Below are positions 9,360 to 18,980 of a stretch of 64,000 nucleotides of DNA, piece after piece (positions within the stretch are counted from its first letter, which is position 1; each line of letters begins with the position of its first letter). The stretch covers positions 56,546 to 120,545 of the forward strand of contig CAJQOH010000003.1 in NCBI GenBank assembly GCA_905479915.1, written 5' to 3'. The notes beneath the pieces were generated by a model that had not been told where the DNA came from, did not search any database, and saw only the letters and a program-made list of their open reading frames with translations. A program made the translations under genes and the position numbers. This DNA comes from an uncultured Flavobacteriales bacterium (GTDB lineage Bacteria > Bacteroidota > Bacteroidia > Flavobacteriales_E > Vicingaceae).

Positions 9360-9902
9360 TTATTTCTTAAACCCAGGATATTTTTTCATTAAAAAAGCAA
9401 AAATCATGGATTGGAATAAGCCTATAAAAACTAGTCCAAACAATGTTGCCATAGAATGTAAGTAAGGAGAAAAAATTGTTTTAGCAGACTTTATATCTCC
9501 TTTTGCTTTTTCTTTGATTTGATCAATAGTCATATCTCCATCGCTAATGGCTTGAGTAATTTTAGCTGGCAAATTTGAAAAACTCTCTGCTCTTTTGATT
9601 TCAAAAAACTCGGGATCAATATTCGCGTAATATATATAAGTAATAGCAGCAATTAGGAGTGCAAAAGTTGATGCCGAACGAGCTCCAGATTTAAAATCTT
9701 GCCCTATAGATGTGGTGTTTTTGTTCGCTATTTTATTACTTCTAATTCCCATAAAAACGGTAAGTAGTAATAAAAACATGTAGATGTAAAAAATATACTT
9801 TTCCATTGCTCCATGTTGGATGCCCATTGAAAAGGCACTCAATTTTACAATAAGAGCAACAATTGCGAATGTAATTGCAATTTGAAAAGGGTTTTTAAAC
9901 AT
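9360..9902 (-). CDS. DUF4199-like four-TM membrane protein
   Basis: At 180 aa, its size and TM layout are typical of DUF4199 proteins of Bacteroidota. Confidence 0.55.
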   Translation of the reverse strand: MFKNPFQIAITFAIVALIVKLSAFSMGIQHGAMEKYIFYIYMFLLLLTVFMGIRSNKIANKNTTSIGQDFKSGARSASTFALLIAAITYIYYANIDPEFFEIKRAESFSNLPAKITQAISDGDMTIDQIKEKAKGDIKSAKTIFSPYLHSMATLFGLVFIGLFQSMIFAFLMKKYPGFKK

Positions 9903-9925
9903 ATCTTTTATTTAAAGGTTATTAT

Positions 9926-9969
9926 GAGGAACGAAGCAATCTTTTAATGGTAAGATTGCTTCGTTCCTC
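9926..9969 (-). terminator. Perfect 18-bp stem hairpin downstream of rho
   Basis: gaggaacgaagcaatctt (9926-9943) and aagattgcttcgttcctc (9952-9969) are exact reverse complements with an 8-nt loop. The hairpin lies 27 nt after the rho stop. The trailing U-tract is weak. Confidence 0.6.
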
Positions 9970-9995
9970 GCAATGACGGTACTTTTATAATTGTT

Positions 9996-11678
9996 TTAAT
10001 TGCCCGCTTTCATAGAAATTAAGAACTCTTCATTACTTCTTGTTTGGCTAATTCTTCCTTTAATGAATTCCATAGCTTCAACAGGGTTCATATCAGCAAT
10101 GTGATGCCTTAAAATGTGCATCAACTGAGTAACATCTTTACCTAATAATAAATCATCTCTACGAGTACTAGAAGAAACAATATCAATAGCAGGGAAAATA
10201 CGTTTGTTAGAAATTTTTCTATCCAATTGTAATTCCATGTTACCAGTTCCTTTAAACTCTTCAAAGATTACTTCATCCATTTTAGATCCAGTATCTGTAA
10301 GAGCTGTTGCGATAATTGTTAAAGAACCACCATCTTCAATTTTTCTTGCAGCACCAAAGAATCTTTTTGGTTTTTGTAAGGCATTTGCATCAACCCCACC
10401 AGAAAGTACTTTTCCTGAAGAAGGAGCAGTTGTGTTGTAAGCTCTTGCTAAACGTGTAATAGAATCTAATAAGATCACTACATCATGACCACATTCAACC
10501 ATTCGTTTCCCTTTCTCTAATACAAGGTTGGCTAACTTAACGTGTTTCTCTGCAGGCTCATCAAATGTAGAAGCAACAACTTCAGCATTTACACTACGTG
10601 CCATATCTGTAACCTCTTCAGGTCTCTCATCAATTAATAAAATCAATAAGTAAGCTTCAGGATGGTTTTCTGCAATTGCGTTAGCAACATCTTTTAATAA
10701 CGTTGTTTTACCAGTTTTTGGTTGTGCAACGATCATTCCTCTTTGTCCTTTTCCAATAGGAGTAAACAAATCGATTATTCTATTAGAAACAGTTGGTTTA
10801 GTGTCGCTAATAAGATTCAATTTCTCGTTAGGGAAAACAGGAGTTAAATATTTAAAAGGAACTCTATCTCTAACAACATCAGGAGTTCTATTGTTAATAG
10901 AAACAACTTTAATTAAAGGGAAGTATTTTTCACCAACTTTTGGAGGTCTAACACTTCCTCTAACAGTATCTCCAGTTTTTAATCCAAATAATTTAATTTG
11001 AGATTGTGATACATAGATATCATCAGGAGAGTTTAAATAATTATAATCTGAAGACCTTAAAAAACCATATCCATCAGGCATAGTTTCTAACACACCTTCA
11101 CTTACAATAATTCCATCAAAATCATAACCATGATCGTCAGCTTTGTTTTTATTGTGATTGTGCTGAGGTTTATTTTGGTTAGGGTTGTTGTGTTCTCTTT
11201 TTTCTCTTTGACCATTTCCTTTGTTATCATCTTTCTTTTGATGTGTAGGTTTTGGATTTGGTCTTGGGTTAGGGGTTGCACTGTCAGTAGTACTTGTTGT
11301 ATCAGTAGTGTTGGCTGCAGGTTTTTTAACAGGTGCAGCTGCTTTTTGTTCTGGTTTATTAATTTCCGCTTTAGGAGCTTCCTTTGGCGTTTTATCAGTA
11401 GGTGTGCTTACAGGACCATCGTTAAATAAACTAGGTTTTTCTGTAGACATTCTTTTTCTTTTTGGTTTACTTGTAGCTCCAGTAGAAGATCCCGCAGGAA
11501 TTCTTTTTTTCTCAACAGGTTTAGCTGCTGGCTTAGGAGGGTTGATTGCTTGTTGATCTAGAATTTGATATACTAGCTCTTCTTTTTTAAGCTTATCGGT
11601 CTTTTTTATTTCTAGTCCTTTAGCAATTTCACGAAGTTCATTTACTAACTTCTTGTTTAATTCGATAATATCGTACAT
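9996..11678 (-). CDS. rho: Transcription termination factor Rho, with a large low-complexity N-terminal insertion
   Basis: Rho_N helix bundle ([20 protein letters not shown]). CSD-like RNA-binding domain ([14 protein letters not shown]). Walker A 'AQPKTGKT', plus Q and R loops. The C terminus is intact. Confidence 0.97.
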   Translation of the reverse strand: MYDIIELNKKLVNELREIAKGLEIKKTDKLKKEELVYQILDQQAINPPKPAAKPVEKKRIPAGSSTGATSKPKRKRMSTEKPSLFNDGPVSTPTDKTPKEAPKAEINKPEQKAAAPVKKPAANTTDTTSTTDSATPNPRPNPKPTHQKKDDNKGNGQREKREHNNPNQNKPQHNHNKNKADDHGYDFDGIIVSEGVLETMPDGYGFLRSSDYNYLNSPDDIYVSQSQIKLFGLKTGDTVRGSVRPPKVGEKYFPLIKVVSINNRTPDVVRDRVPFKYLTPVFPNEKLNLISDTKPTVSNRIIDLFTPIGKGQRGMIVAQPKTGKTTLLKDVANAIAENHPEAYLLILLIDERPEEVTDMARSVNAEVVASTFDEPAEKHVKLANLVLEKGKRMVECGHDVVILLDSITRLARAYNTTAPSSGKVLSGGVDANALQKPKRFFGAARKIEDGGSLTIIATALTDTGSKMDEVIFEEFKGTGNMELQLDRKISNKRIFPAIDIVSSSTRRDDLLLGKDVTQLMHILRHHIADMNPVEAMEFIKGRISQTRSNEEFLISMKAGN

Positions 11679-11943
11679 GTAATAATAATGTGTTTTTTAA
11701 TAATTTTAATCGTGTCGATTCTTTTATTGTAGATTACAAGGATTGTAATTCTAATATGTGATGGTAATTTATTTTAATTAGCTTCTTTTTATTAAGTCGC
11801 TTTTCAAGATTTATAAAGTGTATTTATTTTGTTATGATAATAACGTTATCAGGATACTGATAGTACAATTATACGAATAAAATTATTAATGAATGTTTTA
11901 TGGAGGAGTATTTTTTTAACTTTCTAAGAGAAATAAGATAAGA

Positions 11944-13455
11944 TTAGTTTCTCCTCAAAAAATGTTTGGCATTTATTTCATTGTAATTTTTTCTCCAATT
12001 TAATGCAGCTTCCAGATAAATATGTTCTAAAATGGGTTTGTCGTCTGTTAAAATAACAGCATCACTTAGGTTAATATTCGTTTTGTTTAGGTGTTTGTGA
12101 ATAATTTCCTTTTTAGCTTTTAGTTTATCATTGCTACAAATGAATAGAAGGTTTCTGCTTTCTTCTGAACCTTCAGTAGCCATTAGAGTTACATTGTACT
12201 CTTCATTTAGGAGTGTCTTATATATTGATCGAGCAGCTTTTCCTTTTTGATCCTTAATGAATCCATAAAAGTTGATGACTAGTATTCCGTTCTTGTTCAG
12301 TTTAGTTTTTATTTCTTTAAAAGCTTCTTTGGTCATCAGGTGAACAGGAGGAGTTTCACTATGGTATAGATCGTAAATTATAATGTCGTACTTTTTGTTA
12401 ACCGTATTTATGTAGTGTCTTGCATCATCAATAATAACATTTACATCTTTATTAATATTAAAATACGTTTTGGCTATATTTTCAATTCTTTCATCTATTT
12501 CCACAACATCAACATTGATGTTTTCTTTTTTTAAACGTTCGTAAAGCGTCCCACCGCCTAAACCCAGAAGTAATGCATCTTTATTGCTTGCATAAGAATT
12601 GATGTTGTAGGTTAGGACATCCACGTAATTCCAGAAGTTTTGTTCAGGATTATCTTTATTCATAATGGTTTGAGAGATATTGTTAACCATTAATTCTCTG
12701 TAATTATCTTGCGTGTTGGTTTCAGTGTTGAAATAGGATCTGTCAACAACCTTAACTTCACCTAAGATTCCTTCAGATTGATAGATTATTTCACTATTTC
12801 CATTTTTTACTTGAAAACTTAAACTTGATACTCCGATAAAGAAGATAATAAAAATAGGTGTTTCAACAGTTTTGGTTTTGATAAATAGAAAAGTCGAAAT
12901 GGCCATTACTAAAACTCCATAACTATATAAAGTATAAGTTATTCCAAATTCAGGAAGGGCATAAAACCCAATAAAAAAGGTTGTAAGTATCCCTCCAAAA
13001 GTAGATACGGCATATACATTGCCGCTACTTTTACCCGATTCTTTAGCATTGTTTGTAAGCAAGTTAATAATTAAAGGAGAAACAGCTCCAAACAACATAA
13101 GTGGTGCAAACAAAAAGAATAGCAACGAAATAACTGTTCCGAGTAGTAAGTTTAAATTTATAGTAATTGGTAAAATTATGGCACTAATAATAGGGGTTAG
13201 AGTTACTAAACAACCACCAATTAACATTAGCCAGTAAACAATTGATGTCTTTTTGTTTTTAGAAGAAATGTAACCGCCTAAGTAGTATCCAGACATTAAT
13301 GCTGTTAGGGTGATGCCTAAAACTGCTGCCCAAACGTAAATGGATGTTCCAAAATACGGAGATAAAATTTTAGCGCTACATAATTCGACACACATTACTG
13401 CTCCACCTTCTATGAATGCTAGGAGGAATATTAGTTTTGTTAACGAAGAATTCAT
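11944..13455 (-). CDS. Fused membrane domain / spermidine synthase-like methyltransferase-fold protein
   Basis: The N-terminal ~200 aa form 7-8 TM helices. The C-terminal part has 'LLLGLGGGTL...VDVVEID' and 'YDIIIYDL', which resemble a spermidine synthase / SAM-MTase fold. Confidence 0.75.
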   Translation of the reverse strand: MNSSLTKLIFLLAFIEGGAVMCVELCSAKILSPYFGTSIYVWAAVLGITLTALMSGYYLGGYISSKNKKTSIVYWLMLIGGCLVTLTPIISAIILPITINLNLLLGTVISLLFFLFAPLMLFGAVSPLIINLLTNNAKESGKSSGNVYAVSTFGGILTTFFIGFYALPEFGITYTLYSYGVLVMAISTFLFIKTKTVETPIFIIFFIGVSSLSFQVKNGNSEIIYQSEGILGEVKVVDRSYFNTETNTQDNYRELMVNNISQTIMNKDNPEQNFWNYVDVLTYNINSYASNKDALLLGLGGGTLYERLKKENINVDVVEIDERIENIAKTYFNINKDVNVIIDDARHYINTVNKKYDIIIYDLYHSETPPVHLMTKEAFKEIKTKLNKNGILVINFYGFIKDQKGKAARSIYKTLLNEEYNVTLMATEGSEESRNLLFICSNDKLKAKKEIIHKHLNKTNINLSDAVILTDDKPILEHIYLEAALNWRKNYNEINAKHFLRRN

Positions 13456-13648
13456 AGTTGCAATAATACGTTATTTAATTGTTTATAAGTATTTTAGGTA
13501 ATATTTTAGTTATTTAAAAATAAAGTCTAAATTTGTTAATAACCTAACAAGGATGTTTTGAGCTTGTTATTTACTTAAGATATTCATTTTAAAATTGTTA
13601 TGTCGTTTATCAGACAGTTTTTTCTGTTTGTTTTATAAAAAAAATAGA

Positions 13649-13656
13649 TAATTTTG
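13649..13656 (+). promoter_or_regulatory. Candidate -7 promoter box (TAATTTTG), 7 nt upstream of the ATG at 13664
   Basis: Exact TAnnTTTG match in a 208-nt AT-rich intergenic region. Confidence 0.3.
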
Positions 13657-13663
13657 TTAAATT

Positions 13664-13948
13664 ATGAAAAAAGTAGTTTTCACATTATTTCTTTTAGGAG
13701 TTCTTCCTGTAACAATACTTGCTCAATCTAAAGTTGTCAAGAAGACTGAAAAGAAGTTAGAAAAAGGTCCTGAAATAATAAAGAAGGATAGAGTTTCAGT
13801 TTTAGAGAATAAGCAAGTAAAGAATAAAAAGGCGAATTCTAAAGAAAAAAATAGCTCTGGAGGAAAAGGTGTTTTAATTAATCTTTTAGATCCAGTTGAA
13901 ATTGTCGATGATAAATCAAAAACTAAATCAAAATCTAAAAAGGATTAA
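13664..13948 (+). CDS. Small secreted Lys-rich protein, unknown function
   Basis: Signal peptide MKKVVFTLFLLGVLPVTILAQ followed by highly basic low-complexity sequence. 94 aa. Confidence 0.45.
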   Translation: MKKVVFTLFLLGVLPVTILAQSKVVKKTEKKLEKGPEIIKKDRVSVLENKQVKNKKANSKEKNSSGGKGVLINLLDPVEIVDDKSKTKSKSKKD

Positions 13949-13963
13949 ACAAAAGTTATTGAG

Positions 13964-15585
13964 ATGAAAAAGTATATAATAATATTTTTGATTGGTTTAT
14001 CTACTGTTGTACTTGGTCAAGGTGTTACGACTACCAATACGGGTGTAAATCTTAATGTGGCTAGTGGTAGTGCAACAAATGTTACTAGACCAGGAACATC
14101 TAGTTGTAGTACTTCAAATGCTAATATTTATCGAATTGGAGATGGTACAGGTAGGGTTGAATTGTGTATTACGGACCATAGTAATCTTAGTCAAGTTTGT
14201 GGAGGTGGTAATAATAAAGATGACTTTTTACGTATATATACAGATCAGAATTTAGATGGAACTCCAGAAACAGTGTTTTCATGGTTTGATCCAAATGATG
14301 TAAGAATGGAGATGAATGTTACAGGATCAGGTACTTTTGATTGTCAGAATTGTGCAATGTCTCCAACAGGATCTGGATACATATGGATATACTATTGTGG
14401 AGATGGTACATGTAGCGCTGCAGATATGGCTGCTAGTACTGTAGATTTTACTTGGAATACCTATCCTACATCGGCTAATAACCCAATTGGTACAGCAGAA
14501 GCTATTGATACTTGTTCACAAACTTTTACAGCTAATAATTATGATGCTGATTTTGAAAACTGTGGAGGGTATGCGGTTAGTTGGAATAATGACTTAGATT
14601 GTAATGATGCTACTGCCTTAGCTGCTAATCCTTATAATACTGATGCAGGTGCTGGTGGGGTGGAGATGTAGGTTATTCTGTAGAAAGTGATATTTGGTTT
14701 GCATTTAATCCAGGTATAGTAGGGACGTGGACGTTAGATTTTACACCTTATGATTGTTACGCTCCTAATGGAATTTCATCAGGAGGAGATCTTTGTGATT
14801 TTTATACAAGTGGATTTCAATATGCACTGTTTGAAGGAACATCTTCAACTAACTTTACAGTACTTGTGGCTGGAGGAACAAATGGAATGAACCTAACAAC
14901 TGCTCAATCAATTCCTATCGTTGTTACTTCTACAGCAACAAGGTATTATTTGCAAATAGAAGGTTATGCTGGTGCAGGTTGTAAGTTTGATGCAGTTTTA
15001 ACTCCACCAGGTATAGTTTGTAACTTATTACCTTTACCTGTTGGTTTGGTTAAGTTTACGGCAAATGCAGTAGACAATGAATTTGTTGATTTGGATTGGG
15101 AAACTTCTACAGAGGTCAATAATGATTATTTTACAATTGAACGTTCTAAAGATTCTGAGATTTTCGAAGTTGTTGGGTATATTGACGGAGCTGGAAATTC
15201 CAATATGATAAAAGAATACAATTCAGTAGATGAGGATCCTTATAAAGGGATTTCATATTATAGATTAAGACAAACTGATTTTGATGGAGAGTATGCTTAC
15301 TCTAAAGTTGAGATTGTTAATATTGAGTCGAATTTTGGAGATTTAAAAGTTTTTCCAAACCCTATAGAGGGTGTGGGGCATTTAACATTTAATTCTACTT
15401 CAGATAATATTGCTGAAGTAGTATTGTTTGATGTGACAGGGAAAAGAATCATTTCTGAAAAACATCCTGTTGTAAAAGGAGAAAATAGTTTTAAATTACC
15501 TACGGATAATTTACCACAGGGTATGTATTTTTTAACTGTAGGAAACGATACTGAAACATCAAATATTAAATTCATTAAGAATTAA
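13964..15585 (+). pseudogene. T9SS-secreted Cys-rich protein, split by a single-nucleotide frameshift at a GGGG run (14657-14660)
   Basis: ORFs 13964..14671 (frame 2) and 14644..15585 (frame 1, open from 14644) are contiguous. Adding one G at 14657-14660 gives ..NTDAGAGGGGDVGYSVESDIWFAFNPG... The N-terminal part has a signal peptide. The C-terminal part ends in a T9SS CTD (LKVFPNPIEGVGHLTF...GMYFLTVG). Confidence 0.7.
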
Positions 15586-15603
15586 AGAGATATTATACTA
15601 GTG

Positions 15604-15634
15604 AAAAGGCTACCAATTCTGGTAGCCTTTTTTT
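15604..15634 (+). terminator. Rho-independent terminator
   Basis: aaaaggctacca / attc / tggtagcctttt form a 12-bp stem followed by a T-run, 19 nt after the stop at 15585. Confidence 0.8.
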
Positions 15635-15828
15635 ATTTTAAATGATTTGTAGTGAGTTTTTATATGATGATTTGGACCAATGATTGTTTGAATTGTTTTA
15701 TGGCAATTCCATTTTTAGATGGCCTCTATATTCTTTTGTAAGGATTATGGTAATAGTTGTAAACTATTCAAATTACAATGCTTCCTAGTGTGAAGTGAGT
15801 ATGTTGAAGTTCTTTGTGTAAAGTAAAT

Positions 15829-15850
15829 TGTAAACTAGGTCTAGTTTACA
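15829..15850 (-). terminator. Palindrome downstream of the propeller-repeat gene
   Basis: tgtaaactag gt ctagtttaca is a perfect 10-bp inverted repeat lying 18 nt beyond the stop at 15868. The loop is very short and the U-tract is poor. Confidence 0.3.
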
Positions 15851-15867
15851 GCTTTAAGTAAGAGGTG

Positions 15868-16866
15868 TTATTTAATTGCTATTCCATTTTCAGTTGACAT
15901 CCATTTTCGGTTGTCAGGACCAATAGAAATGTTATTAATGTAGTTATTCTGTAAATTAGAGTTATTGGAATTGTAATGTGTCCAAGTGTTTAGTGAGTGG
16001 TTAAAATTGACTATTCCTTGTCCTGCCATTCCAACCCATAGCTCGTTGTTATTTTCAAGAACAACATTCCTTACAAGGTCTAGAGGTAGTCCTGAATTTT
16101 GCATATCAAATGTTTGCCAATTGGTGTCATCAAATCTTGTTAAGCCTCCGTTGCTTCCTATCCATTTTATATTGTTATTGTCAATAGCAATGGTATAGAC
16201 ATTACTATTTGGTAATGGAGAGTTAGATGCTTGGTAATTGATAAAATTTGAACCATCAAACATGGAGACTCCATTTGCTGTAGCAATCCAAATATTACCA
16301 GTGTTGTCTTTTGTAATAGAGGCAATAGAGTTGTTAGGAAGATTCGAATTTCCAGGTGTGTACACAGTCCAATTAGATCCGTCAAATTTTGATAAACCAC
16401 CTCCGTTAAATGTACCAATCCATAGATTGTTAGAGGCATCAATTTCTAAACTTCTTAATTTATTAAGTGGAAGTGAAGAATTACTCATGTTGTAAATGGT
16501 CATATTTGTACCATCATACTTCACTAATCCATTATCTGTAGCGATCCATGTAATTGCACCATTGGTTTTAATTGAGTTAATTTTATCTGAGGGTAAAGAT
16601 GAATTACTAGAATTCAGTGTTTGCCATGTTGTACCATCAAAAGTTGTGTAACCATTATCTGTCGCAATTTTAACGATATTGGAAGTGTGCTCAATATGAT
16701 TAATAACATTACTCATCAACCCGCTGTTTCCTGTATTGTATATCTGACTAAAAATATCAGTTATTGTTTCAGGTTCTTCTTCCGTCATAGGTATAACGGT
16801 AGCTTCTTTTGAACAAGAAAAGAGAATGAGTGAAATTGATATGATATATAAATATCTATAGTTCAT
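15868..16866 (-). CDS. Lipoprotein made of two-component-regulator propeller (Reg_prop-like) repeats
   Basis: The lipobox 'LILFSC' follows the ATG at 16866. There are about 7 repeats of the pattern 'NSxLPSNxIxSIxxDxxGNIWIxTxNGLxxFDGxNW'. Confidence 0.8.
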   Translation of the reverse strand: MNYRYLYIISISLILFSCSKEATVIPMTEEEPETITDIFSQIYNTGNSGLMSNVINHIEHTSNIVKIATDNGYTTFDGTTWQTLNSSNSSLPSDKINSIKTNGAITWIATDNGLVKYDGTNMTIYNMSNSSLPLNKLRSLEIDASNNLWIGTFNGGGLSKFDGSNWTVYTPGNSNLPNNSIASITKDNTGNIWIATANGVSMFDGSNFINYQASNSPLPNSNVYTIAIDNNNIKWIGSNGGLTRFDDTNWQTFDMQNSGLPLDLVRNVVLENNNELWVGMAGQGIVNFNHSLNTWTHYNSNNSNLQNNYINNISIGPDNRKWMSTENGIAIK

Positions 16867-16963
16867 AAAAGAAAACAAGCTATAAATATAAGTAAAAATA
16901 CCTAGAAAATTAACTGGTCAATAGGTGTTTATGTCTAGACGTTCTACTTGTGATGGGGGACGT

Positions 16964-17623
16964 TTAAGAGTAATTCCTATTTCCAAAGATAGAACTGCCA
17001 ACTCTAACCATATTTGAACCTTGTTCTAAAGCGATCCTATAATCACCACTCATACCCATACTAAGAATAGTGACTGTAGGGTATTGACGACTAAGTTGTT
17101 TGAAAAATAGATTAAGAGCGTTGAATTCCTTTTTGATTTGATTGGTATCAGGAGTATTGGTGCTCATGCCCATTAGCCCAGCAATTTGAATACCTTTGAG
17201 TTGTTGAACTTCATCAGAATTAAGTAACGCTTCAGTATCAGTTGGAGTTAGTCCAAATTTGCTTTCTTCTTCAGCGATTTTCACTTGAAGTAAGCAATTG
17301 ATTACCCTGTTGTTCTTTAAGGCTTGCTTGTTAATTTCTTTTAGCAATTTCAAGCTATCAACAGCATGGATTAGATGTACAAAGGGGGCAATATATTTTA
17401 CTTTGTTGGTTTGCAAATGGCCTATTAAATGCCATTCAATATCTTTAGGAAGGCTTTCGTATTTCTGAGTTAACTCTTGAGCTTTGTTTTCTCCAAAAAT
17501 GCGTTGTCCACCAGTGTAGGCTTCTAAAATATCTTCGTTAGGTTTGGTTTTAGAAACAGCTACTAAAGTAATGTTTTTAGCTAGTTCTGATTTGATATTT
17601 TGGATGTTGGTGGCAATACTCAT
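16964..17623 (-). CDS. yggS: YggS-family pyridoxal-phosphate homeostasis protein
   Basis: 'LVAVSKTKP' (PLP lysine), 'GENKAQE', 'WHLIGHLQTNK' and 'LSMGMSGDY..A...G...VRVGSSIFG' are all present. The ATG at 17623 gives the canonical ~219 aa. The longer track start runs into an intergenic hairpin element. Confidence 0.9.
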   Translation of the reverse strand: MSIATNIQNIKSELAKNITLVAVSKTKPNEDILEAYTGGQRIFGENKAQELTQKYESLPKDIEWHLIGHLQTNKVKYIAPFVHLIHAVDSLKLLKEINKQALKNNRVINCLLQVKIAEEESKFGLTPTDTEALLNSDEVQQLKGIQIAGLMGMSTNTPDTNQIKKEFNALNLFFKQLSRQYPTVTILSMGMSGDYRIALEQGSNMVRVGSSIFGNRNYS

Positions 17624-17644
17624 TGTGTATTTGGTTTGAAGTGG

Positions 17645-17695
17645 GAAGCCGGAAGATCCAAGTGGAGTAATTTTCAACTTCGATCTTCTGACTTC
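17645..17695. repeat. GAAG/CTTC-rich imperfect hairpin element (locus A), between the DUF1015 gene and yggS
   Basis: gaagccggaagatccaagtgg is followed after a short loop by caacttcgatcttctgacttc. About 17 of 21 positions are complementary by hand alignment. Confidence 0.5.
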
Positions 17696-17711
17696 AAACC
17701 TCTATCTTATT

Positions 17712-18956
17712 TTACAATTCATGAATAAATAAACCACTTCTTAATTTTGGTTCAAACCAAGTTACTTTTGGAGGCATAATCATATCATTATCAGAGATGT
17801 CCATTAATTGTTGCATGCTTACAGGATTTAAAGCAAAAGCAACTTCCATTTCTCCAGAGTTTACTCTTTTTTCTAACTCACCTAAACCTCTAATTCCACC
17901 AACAAAATCAATTCTTTTGTCTGTTCTTAAATCTACAATATTTAATAGAGGTTCTAGTACTTGCTTAGATAAGATGGTTACATCCAATACTTCTACAGGG
18001 TCATTGTCATTGTATGTTCCTTCTTTAGCTACTAGCTTGTACCATTTGTTGTTTAAGTACATTCCAAAATGATGTAAAGCATCAGGTTTGTATTGTCCAG
18101 AAGTTTCTTCTACCTCAAATTTTTCAGAAATTTTCGCTACAAAAGTAGCTTCATCCATTCCATTTAAATCTTTAGCAACTCTATTGTAGTCAATAATTTT
18201 TAATTGATTGTCTGGGAATAATACAGCCATAAAGTAGTTGTATCTTCCACCATCATCTTTATTTCCTCCAGCTTCTTTTCTAAATTCCTCTCCAACTAAA
18301 GCTCCCGCTGCAGTTCTGTGGTGGCCATCTGCAACATAGATAGAAGGTACTTGAGCTTCAAATAAGTCTTTTATTGCTGCTACTTTATCAGCATCATCAA
18401 TTACCCATAGCGTGTGTTGAATGTCATCACTAGTAGTGATGTCATATACTGGGTTTGCTTGTTTTACATCCTCTACCAATTCATCAATAGAATTAACATG
18501 TGGGTAAGCAAAGAAAACAGGTTCATAATTTAACTTACTGTACCTAACATGATTTTTTCTATCCTCTTCTTTGTCTGGTCGAGTTAATTCATGCTTTTTT
18601 ATAACATTATTGAAATAATCATCAATAGCACAACAACCAACTAAACCGGTTTGTTTGTGTCCATTCATAATGATTTGGTATGCATAATAGTTCTCAGTTT
18701 CATCCTGAACCATTAAACCACCATCAACTAGTTTGTCGAAATTCTCTTTTCCTTTTTTATATACTTCAGGAGCATAATGATCTGCATCATCTGCAAATTC
18801 TAATTCAGGTTTAATAACTCTGTAAAAACTGTTAGGGTTGTCTTTACATTTTTCTCTAGCTTCTTTTGCATTTAATACATCGTAAGGACGACTTGCAATT
18901 TCTTTTACTTTATCTTCTAATGGACGATAAGCTTTGAATGGTACTAATACTGACAT
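17712..18956 (-). CDS. DUF1015 family protein
   Basis: The N terminus 'VPFKAYRP' and the internal 'ADGHHR' motif are typical of DUF1015. 414 aa. Confidence 0.8.
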   Translation of the reverse strand: MSVLVPFKAYRPLEDKVKEIASRPYDVLNAKEAREKCKDNPNSFYRVIKPELEFADDADHYAPEVYKKGKENFDKLVDGGLMVQDETENYYAYQIIMNGHKQTGLVGCCAIDDYFNNVIKKHELTRPDKEEDRKNHVRYSKLNYEPVFFAYPHVNSIDELVEDVKQANPVYDITTSDDIQHTLWVIDDADKVAAIKDLFEAQVPSIYVADGHHRTAAGALVGEEFRKEAGGNKDDGGRYNYFMAVLFPDNQLKIIDYNRVAKDLNGMDEATFVAKISEKFEVEETSGQYKPDALHHFGMYLNNKWYKLVAKEGTYNDNDPVEVLDVTILSKQVLEPLLNIVDLRTDKRIDFVGGIRGLGELEKRVNSGEMEVAFALNPVSMQQLMDISDNDMIMPPKVTWFEPKLRSGLFIHEL

Positions 18957-18980
18957 TTTTTTATATTTATGTAGTTAAAA

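Noticed and set aside
10204-11556. Four plus-strand ORFs (10204..10440, 10801..11001, 11130..11429, 11308..11556) opposite rho.
   Set aside because: They are antisense to rho. Two of them fall in the low-complexity insertion, where biased composition keeps many frames open. Their translations are compositionally odd (Phe/Leu/Cys-rich).
13019-16812. Assorted short ORFs: 13019..13237, 14055..14255, 15297..15575, 15986..16198, 16167..16442, 16238..16495, 16621..16812.
   Set aside because: Each is antisense to, or out of frame within, a better-supported longer CDS. The repeat-rich propeller gene keeps alternative frames open.
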